Of a stretch of 64,000 nucleotides of DNA, positions 57,290 through 64,000 are shown one piece after another. This DNA comes from an uncultured Armatimonadia bacterium (GTDB lineage: Bacteria; Armatimonadota; Zipacnadia; CAVVLO01): the NCBI GenBank assembly GCA_963749155.1, contig CAVVLO010000003.1:615773-679772 (forward strand). The letters are read 5' to 3'. The stretch's first letter is position 1. Each line of letters starts with the position of its first letter. The notes beneath the pieces were generated by a model that worked only from the letters and a program-made list of their open reading frames with translations, was not told the origin of the DNA and did not search any database. The position numbers and the translations under genes are program-made.

Positions 57290-58737
57290 CTGGAACGCCT
57301 CCTGGCGTCACGGAGTGTGGGCGAAACCAAACAGCCAGAGGGCCAGACTTGGCCTCCCTCTGTCAGATCAAGCAGCCTTCCCGCCAGCGCGGGCCAGGAC
57401 GTCTAGTACAGCCTCATGATATCCAGCCCCCCGAACACGATGGGGGACTCGGGCCAAGGGCTGAAGTATCCCCAGACACTTGGATTGCGTCGCAGCACCA
57501 GCATGATAGACTCCGCTCGCATCCCTGGAGTGACCTGCCCTGGGGCCTGAGTGGGCAAGGCCTGAGGGGAGACATTGATTACACCGACAAAGCCCGGAGG
57601 CGTGGTCGAGACCGTGAGAGGCACATAATAATCATCTAGGTCCCCCCAGAGCTCCAGGGCGATGAGCGAAATAGCGGGCTTCTCACCGGTGATCCAGGAG
57701 GGGCTAATTGTTCCCTTACTGTCCAGTAAACGAAACCTGACGACGTAGGTCGCGGGCTCGGGAGGAAGCTCGATCAAGGCGTATAACAGGTCGAGGCAAT
57801 CTTCCGGCGAGTGGTTGATGCTGAGCTGGGCTACGCCTTTGGCCTGCTGATTGGCGAAATCGATCTGGTCTATGAAGACATATGAGGAGTACATATTGCC
57901 AACGTAATAGCTCTTCCCCCCCATCCAGTAGGAAGAGGGTTCCTTCCAGAAGCGCAATTGGATGCCACTCTTCCAGTCGAGGCTGCCAATTGTGCTTATA
58001 GCGCTGACGGCCCCGACCTGCTGGCCGCCATCTCCAAGGCTAACGCCTGCCTGGGGCTGCTCGATGGGGCCTGAGAGCAACACTGTGGATTGCGTCGGAT
58101 CTGCCTTTAACAGCGCGACGGCTGCCTCGAGGTTAGTTGACATCGTTAACCTGGCGATCAGGTCGGGCGACACAGGTGCCGGCAGCGGCATTGGAGTCGC
58201 CCCAGCCAAAAGAGTGCCCGGTTCGAGCATCTGAACCACCAGCGTGGGCGACTCAGGGCCGGGCAGTTGGATGGGCGTAGCCGGGGCTACGACAGGGGCA
58301 ATTACCAGGCCGGGCTGGAACCCTCCCTGAAGCTGCCCTACCGACGTGACAGGCAGTTGGCCAGCCGCGCTTACCTTGAGGGTGTATTTCACACCCTTCC
58401 TGGCCTGGAAGCTGAGACTGGCTGGATTGCCCTCCTGCACAAGAGGACCCAACCCCTCACCTGTGAGGCTTAGCCTGAGTCCCACTACAGAGCCCCAGGA
58501 CGCAGCAAAAGTGTAGGGATTGTCTTCGGCTGCGGTAAATTCGTAAGTGAAGGCTGGCCCGCCTGGCTCCAGGGTGAACTCACGAAGCATCACAAGATTT
58601 GCCTGGGCGGTCTGACCAATAACATTTTGAGGCAGGGACAGCAGGGCAAAGAGGCACAGCAGAAAGACCAAATACACTGAGGTAAGTCCGAGTCGCTTCA
58701 TCTGGAACGCCTCCTGGCGTCACGGAGTGTGGGCGAA
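56769..58737 (-). repeat. 557-bp direct repeat: 56769-57325 and 58181-58737
   Basis: 13 mismatches by eye, 11 synonymous; covers UTR, RBS and first ~174 codons. Confidence 0.95.
57403..58701 (-). CDS. Secreted hypothetical protein, paralog B
   Basis: 432 aa, RBS AGGAGG, signal peptide. Confidence 0.85.
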   Translation of the reverse strand: MKRLGLTSVYLVFLLCLFALLSLPQNVIGQTAQANLVMLREFTLEPGGPAFTYEFTAAEDNPYTFAASWGSVVGLRLSLTGEGLGPLVQEGNPASLSFQARKGVKYTLKVSAAGQLPVTSVGQLQGGFQPGLVIAPVVAPATPIQLPGPESPTLVVQMLEPGTLLAGATPMPLPAPVSPDLIARLTMSTNLEAAVALLKADPTQSTVLLSGPIEQPQAGVSLGDGGQQVGAVSAISTIGSLDWKSGIQLRFWKEPSSYWMGGKSYYVGNMYSSYVFIDQIDFANQQAKGVAQLSINHSPEDCLDLLYALIELPPEPATYVVRFRLLDSKGTISPSWITGEKPAISLIALELWGDLDDYYVPLTVSTTPPGFVGVINVSPQALPTQAPGQVTPGMRAESIMLVLRRNPSVWGYFSPWPESPIVFGGLDIMRLY

Positions 58738-58838
58738 GCTGGACGTCTGGAAAGAGGCGATATCGCCTTCAACTAGGAGAATAACATAAAACTGTCTAAA
58801 CACAAGAGGGGCAGCGAAAAGCGCAGAATCCCAGCCAG

Positions 58839-59369
58839 TTAATCCGTATCACTCCGCAGCCGCACCAGCCAGTCCTCCGTCTCTTTTGGTGACCGCAACA
58901 CGATGACCTGTTTCCCATCCGAACCCTCGGCAAGGCGCTCGAGCAGCTTCGCGCGCGAGCGGCGGGGGAAGTCCCAAACAATCCACTTGAGGAAGCTGAG
59001 GTCGAACCGTTCGGGACAGTCGGGCGCCATATCGGGGCGGGTGCGGCCATAGCTGCCGGTCACGCGCTTCAGCACGCGCCAGAGGCACACCGGCCAGGGG
59101 TAGTCGAGGAAGATGACCGTGTCCGCCGCCTCGAGGCGCAGCGCCAGCGAACTGCCATAGTTGCCATCCATCAGCCAGCGGTCGGCCTGAACGAGCTCCG
59201 ATACGCGGCAGTGCCACTCTTCATCAGGCGTCTTGACCCACCCCGGGTGCCAGAACTCGGCATCGAGATGGACCACAGGCAGGCCAAGCAGGCCTCCAAG
59301 CTGCACTGCGAGGGTGCTCTTGCCCGCTCCGCCCGAACCGATTATGAGGATGCGCTTTCCAAGTGGCAC
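58839..59369 (-). CDS. Adenylate-kinase-like P-loop protein (FlaR/topology modulation family)
   Basis: RILIIGSGGAGKSTLA, HLD..FW..GW, DGNY, ADTVIFLD. Confidence 0.88.
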   Translation of the reverse strand: MPLGKRILIIGSGGAGKSTLAVQLGGLLGLPVVHLDAEFWHPGWVKTPDEEWHCRVSELVQADRWLMDGNYGSSLALRLEAADTVIFLDYPWPVCLWRVLKRVTGSYGRTRPDMAPDCPERFDLSFLKWIVWDFPRRSRAKLLERLAEGSDGKQVIVLRSPKETEDWLVRLRSDTD

Positions 59370-59446
59370 AGAGCTAGCTCCGATGGCAATATAAAAACCA
59401 GTGGGTATCCTACGCCTGGCTTGCAGTCCCCGCAAGCTGCCCCCAG

Positions 59447-59455
59447 TGCTACAAT
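59447..59455 (+). promoter_or_regulatory. Extended -10 six bases before ATG (leaderless)
   Basis: TGcTACAAT-ctcaaa-ATG, no SD sequence. Confidence 0.55.
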
Positions 59456-59461
59456 CTCAAA

Positions 59462-60727
59462 ATGAAACTCACTTGCATTGCTTTGGGCTCGCGTGGAGAT
59501 GTCCAGCCCTATCTGGCGCTCGGAGTCGGCCTGCAGGCAGCCGGTTTCGATTATACGCTGGTGTCGCATACCAGAGTTCGCTCCGCTTGCGCGCGAGCAT
59601 GGCCTTGGAGTTCCACTCGGCAGGGGGCGACCCCAAAGCGCTGATGGAGACTGACCTTGCCCAGACGATGCTGGCAAGTGGCGGCAATCCCTTAAGATTT
59701 ATGAAGCTACTCGCAGAGCTGGCCGAACCTGTCTTCGAGTGCGCTGTCACGGAAGCCATCAGAGCCTGCGAGGAAGCCGACGGGATTATCTACTCCAATA
59801 TCGGCGTGTTCGCCCATCGGCTCGCGCAGCCGCCCCTCCCCTATTGTTCGGTGATGCTGCAGCCTTTCACGCCCACGAGCCAGTTCGCCAGTGCCTTCTT
59901 CCCCAGCCTGCCTGCCAGCGCGCCTATTGGAGAGGGCCTGTATAATCGCCTCACCCATCAGGCTTTCCTTGCCATATTCTGGCATTGCTTCGGCCGCCCC
60001 TTCCTTAAGCTGCAACGCGAGCGCGGACTGCGTTTGCCGACCCGCTCCGAGAGCTGGCAGGCGCGCAAACACCTGATTTGTTATGCCTATAGCCCATCCT
60101 TGATACCCAGGCCGAACGACTGGCCGGCGAATATCCACGTGCCCGGGGTATCTCTACCTCCCAGAGCCGCCTGGCTGGGAGCCTCCCCCGGCCCTGACAG
60201 ATTTCCTGGCCTCAGGCCCAGCGCCCGTCTATGTGGGATTCGGCAGTATGCGTAGCGAGCGCCCCGCCGAGACAGCCGAACTGGTGCTGGAGGCGCTGCG
60301 CCGGACAGGTTTGCGGGGTGTTTTACATCGCGGTTGGGGCGGCGTGGAGCCTGCCGATGTGCCTGACAGCGTGTTGCTGGTGGAATCGGTGCCCCATTAC
60401 TGGTTACTGCCCAGGATGGCCGCTGTCGTGCATCACGGGGGAGCTGGCACTACGGCAGCCGGCCTGCGCGCGGGGGTGCCCTCGGTGCTGGTGCCTCATT
60501 TTGCCGACCAGCCTTTCTGGGGAAGGACGGTCTTCCAGGCGGGAGCCGGCCCTCAACCCATCCAGCGCAAGCGACTCTCAGTCAGGCGGCTCACCGAAGC
60601 CTTGCGCCAGGCGACCACTGATGGAGACCTCAGGCAGCGCGCTGCGGTGCTCGGCGCGCGCATCCGGGCTGAACAGGGCGTCGAGGAGACAGTCAGGCTG
60701 ATCGCCAGGGAGTTCCGCGCGAAGTGA
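59462..60727 (+). CDS. GT1 glycosyltransferase (sterol glucosyltransferase-like); apparent frameshifts near 59570 and 60150
   Basis: GSRGDVQPYLAL, VGFGSM, VPH.WL.P, HHGGAGTT, ADQPFWG. Confidence 0.92.
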
Positions 60728-60775
60728 GCTTGCCCCCGCGAGCCACCCCTCTACTCCTGTGGCGCCTGCCGCGAA

Positions 60776-60810
60776 CCAAAACCGGGGGTGCAGGGGCAGA
60801 TTGCCCCTGC
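60776..60810. repeat. REP-like palindrome at the edge of the RHS array
   Basis: CCAAAACCGGGGGTGCAGGGGC-AGATT-GCCCCTGC. Confidence 0.75.
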
Positions 60811-60819
60811 GATCTTCCG

Positions 60820-60890
60820 GCGTTGTAAGTGGAGGTCGTCACCGCGCTCCCCTGGTCGGTAAGAGTCAGCCTGTTGCCGATGTCGTCATA
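60820..60890 (-). pseudogene. 71-bp RHS core remnant
   Basis: Near-identical to 62847-62917, encodes YDDIGNRLTLTDQGSAVTTSTYN. Confidence 0.9.
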
Positions 60891-61059
60891 CTTCCATCAT
60901 ATCACTTGTCGGCCGGGGCGCTGGGAAAGTAGCTTCAGCCCCAGGGGCTTTCCACCTGCGGGATACACCTGGCTTCATCGGCCCAGCGGGCAAGCGAGAG
61001 CGCCCCGAAGAGGAACCGGAAGTTCTACGCGCCCACCTTGCGACCTGGTGACGCCAGTA

Positions 61060-61536
61060 TCAACTGGTCGGGACCTCGGCCGACATCGTACATCCGTGCG
61101 GCACCAGCTTGCCGCCGACGAATGCCCCCAGAAAGGCAGCCCCCCCGCACCAAAAGACGCTGGCAAGCACTACCGCCATACCGAGAAGTGCATGGGCTGG
61201 GGAGGCGATGTGCCGCCACTGGCCAAAAACCGTTAGCAGCACGGTAGCTTCGCAGGCGATAAGCGCCACTGTCACCAGTCCATGCAGACGCCATCGCCTT
61301 CCGACCAGCAGGACGGTCACCAACCCTCTCAGGAAAAACGCGAGGACCGGGACGCCCAGGCCTACGAGAAAGGGCAAGTCCCCGGGTGATACGCCAAGGG
61401 GAGCCAGGATGTAAGCCGACGCAAGCAGCGTCCCAACGGGGATGCCGACCCCTGCGCAGTATGCTGCTGGTATCCGTAACCACGGCGTTAGCTCGTACCA
61501 GTTTGAACGCTGCTCACTCAGTTGCTCGTGTCCCAT
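61060..61536 (-). CDS. Multi-pass membrane protein, putative immunity protein
   Basis: About four hydrophobic segments; downstream of RHS C-terminus; AAGGA upstream. Confidence 0.65.
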   Translation of the reverse strand: MGHEQLSEQRSNWYELTPWLRIPAAYCAGVGIPVGTLLASAYILAPLGVSPGDLPFLVGLGVPVLAFFLRGLVTVLLVGRRWRLHGLVTVALIACEATVLLTVFGQWRHIASPAHALLGMAVVLASVFWCGGAAFLGAFVGGKLVPHGCTMSAEVPTS

Positions 61537-61734
61537 GCTACCATCCTTACCGCGCGGGGCTGCTCCCTGACCAACCGGGCAGGCAGCAGGTACACGTGAC
61601 TGCGGTTTGTAGACAGCCTCACCAGCCAGATCCTGACTTGCTCGTAGCGCTCTGCTACCTGTCGGCTACCGCAGCCACGCGCGACTGAGCCGCCCCGAGT
61701 CGTGCGGCTGCCGCAGACGCCCGCAGCAGCTCGG

Positions 61735-63019
61735 TTACCCCTGTGGATCCCAGTATGGAAGCGGCGGAGAGGGAAGGTGGAGCATCAGCAGCAGTCCCGG
61801 GGGCTCGATCCAGCCCCTACTACACGCCCTCAAGCATGGGGCGACCGAGGAAGCAAATACGAGCCACGGCATCAGTCTCCCAATCACCCTAAGAACATTA
61901 ACCGCTTCCCCCGCTAGCCGCCTGATGTAGTCCACGAGACTCAGACGCTCAATGAGCGGTTGGGCGGCGTAGGACCCAGTGCAAGACGCAACAATTGACA
62001 AAAGATGTGCGGCGATCTGGTCCCGCAACGCGCCGCACGGCCCCGGCGCAAATCCAGTGAGGACGCAGGACGCAAGGCAAGCAATGTACCCGACTCCGCG
62101 GGCGAAACGATCGAAGGTCTCATCGACAAGGTCCTCCATCCACGCGTTGACATCAAGCTGCCACCCGCTAGGCATCGACATTGCTCACCGGCCCATTGGC
62201 GCAGTACAGGTACCGGTGCAGGCTCATCGGGTCCTGCGGTGAGCCGCCGTAGGGGTCTTCCGAGATGAATCGGCCGAGGCCCGGGCTGTAGTATCTGGCC
62301 TGCATAAAGTAGAGGCTCGGGGTGCTCTCCCACTGGACCCCGTACCCGCCGACGAAGAGGTAAGGGTTGGCGACGTCGCTCTGGCCGACCGTCGCCTGCC
62401 CGAAGGCCTCGTAGCTGTAGCTGTTCTCGACGGCCTGGGAGCTGTCCACCACCTGCTTCACGCTCGCCAGTCCGTCGAGCAGGTAGTCGTAGCTGGCCCC
62501 ATCGCGCCTCTGGCTGAGGAGGTCACTGTAGAGCGAGCCGCCCTCGTGGGTGTAGCGCACCTGGGTCTCATCGTCGCCGTCGCGCTCCAGCACGACCTTC
62601 GCCCCATCGTAGGCGAACCTGGTCGTCGTCCCGCCCTCAACCTTCGTCAGCCGCTGGCCGGCGGAGTTGTAGGTGTAGTTGGTCTCGGAAGAGTCTGGAT
62701 ACTCGATGTCGGTAAGCCTGTCGTCGTAGTCCCAGGTGTAGGAGCGCGTCCCGGCGCTCGTGACCTCGGCGGCGAGATTGCCCGAGGCGTCGTAGGTGAA
62801 GGTCGTCAGCGTCCCGGAGGCATCCGTCCCGATCAACTGCCCACCTGCGTTGTAAGTGGAGGTCGTCACCGCGCTCCCCTGGTCGGTAAGAGTCAGCCGA
62901 TTGCCGATGTCATCGTAAGTGTAGCTGTAGCTGTATTGTACCGCACTTCCCGAATCGCGGAGCACCGTGCCAGGCGCACCACCCGATGCTGGTTCGGGGC
63001 AAGCCCAGGCCGGCGTCAT
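61735..63019 (-). CDS. Orphan RHS/YD-repeat core with C-terminal putative toxin domain; apparent frameshift near 62175
   Basis: YD..GN repeats, YSYEAFG, ARYYSPGLGRFISEDP, YLYCANGPV; removing one G restores VDPSGW; 3' end uncertain. Confidence 0.88.
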
Positions 63020-63067
63020 GTCTCGTCCCTACTGCGCCTATCTCGGAGGAGCACGTCAAGTAGCAGA

Positions 63068-63601
63068 CTAGGTGCTCAGACAGGTCGCCGCCAAGACGAG
63101 GCCGGCAGGTGGTACCGACGGTCCCGCGAGCAGGAGCCCGCAGCCAAATAGCACCCACCTGACCTGTTTTGCCAGATTCACACGCCCCTCCAGTCGATGG
63201 AATGGGAAGAGGAATGCAGCACCGGTACCGGGGATAGGCCCAGCGATCAGTCCGACCGAAGCAGAGAGCAACGCCATGGCGAGCAGGAGCCGGTCCGAAG
63301 ACAAGGTGTGCGCTTCAGCCTCAATGGCTAGTGGGACTAACACAACGGCCATCAGCGGTACTGCCCAGGCGAACAGACTGAACTCCCATCCCTCCGCCGT
63401 CAACGTGTGGGGCCTGCTCCAGTAGAGTCCTTGCTCCCCCCACATCAGAGCCGAGGACACGGTGCAGAAGCCAACAAGCGCAACGCGCCTTGCGGTGGCA
63501 ACGTTGCGTCCGCGTACGATGGCGCTCCCGCGCGCCTCGCTCAGAATCCCATGTATACGTCGCATATGTCTGCGCAGTGCACGGCGCTCCACCCGGTCCA
63601 A
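63068..63601 (-). CDS. Multi-pass membrane protein, putative immunity protein
   Basis: About four hydrophobic segments directly after the upstream RHS tip; true start unclear (probably near 63520-63570). Confidence 0.55.
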   Translation of the reverse strand: MDRVERRALRRHMRRIHGILSEARGSAIVRGRNVATARRVALVGFCTVSSALMWGEQGLYWSRPHTLTAEGWEFSLFAWAVPLMAVVLVPLAIEAEAHTLSSDRLLLAMALLSASVGLIAGPIPGTGAAFLFPFHRLEGRVNLAKQVRWVLFGCGLLLAGPSVPPAGLVLAATCLST

Positions 63602-64000
63602 AACGTCGTTAGTACCGCCAGTGGCGCTGCCACGTATAGTCGAGCACCCAGCACGTTCTTGGAGCTGAAGCCATGGACTATCTTGGCGCTGATGGGCTTC
63701 AGGTTCGCCCCAAGCCGGATCGCTATTGGTCTCAGATCACGGTACCACCACAAGATTGGCACATGTGCCGTCAGTTCAGGGAAGAGACCGGCCAGGTTGA
63801 CCGGCACCTGCCACAGAGCAGCTTCGGTAGTACGGCACTCTGGGGTCCAACCCCATGCGAGACACTTGACTACACACGTCGTGTGGCTCCACCATCCCGA
63901 CCATGTCTCCCTGCGCCAGAACCAGTACCAGCCATGCTCCGGCCCTCCTAGGTCCCAGAAGCGCCAGGACAATAGCCCCTCTGCATCCATCCTGCTCACT
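63541..64000 (-). CDS. C-terminal tip of an RHS protein entering from outside the window
   Basis: Begins VSRMDAEGL, equivalent to the PVSNVDPSG cleavage motif; Cys pattern shared with the downstream tip. Confidence 0.75.
   Translation of the reverse strand, partial: VSRMDAEGLLSWRFWDLGGPEHGWYWFWRRETWSGWWSHTTCVVKCLAWGWTPECRTTEAALWQVPVNLAGLFPELTAHVPILWWYRDLRPIAIRLGANLKPISAKIVHGFSSKNVLGARLYVAAPLAVLTTFWTGWSAVHCADICDVYMGF

Noticed and set aside
56769..58737. DGR template/variable repeat pair
   Set aside because: Mismatches are mostly synonymous and not adenine-specific, both copies are 5' coding ends, and no reverse transcriptase is in the window

Overview
GC-rich bacterial DNA, probably from an uncultured glycan-degrading organism (lineage cannot be established from this window). 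About 52 kb is a dense run of mostly secreted carbohydrate-active enzymes (GH-A barrels, DUF4091/GH123-like, DUF4038, GH42-like, GH116, GH63-like, GH38, GH36+NPCBM, PL10-like, GH4, two GH172). Among them lie transketolase, a sirtuin, two URO-D-fold proteins, a Cys1-less asparagine-synthase-like ligase and a C25 peptidase. The last 12 kb holds two tandem pairs of exported proteins with near-identical 5' cassettes and divergent bodies, a REP-like palindrome family, and an array of orphan RHS toxin/membrane-protein modules whose C-termini share a CxxxC...CxxxC pattern. A GCAGGA-N17-GAAN (sigma-H-like) motif precedes many transcription units, three times as back-to-back divergent pairs. Roughly 25 single frameshifts, including two in transketolase, look like long-read indel errors. 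No rRNA, tRNA, CRISPR or transposase was seen. All family calls come from motifs recognised by eye, not database searches.
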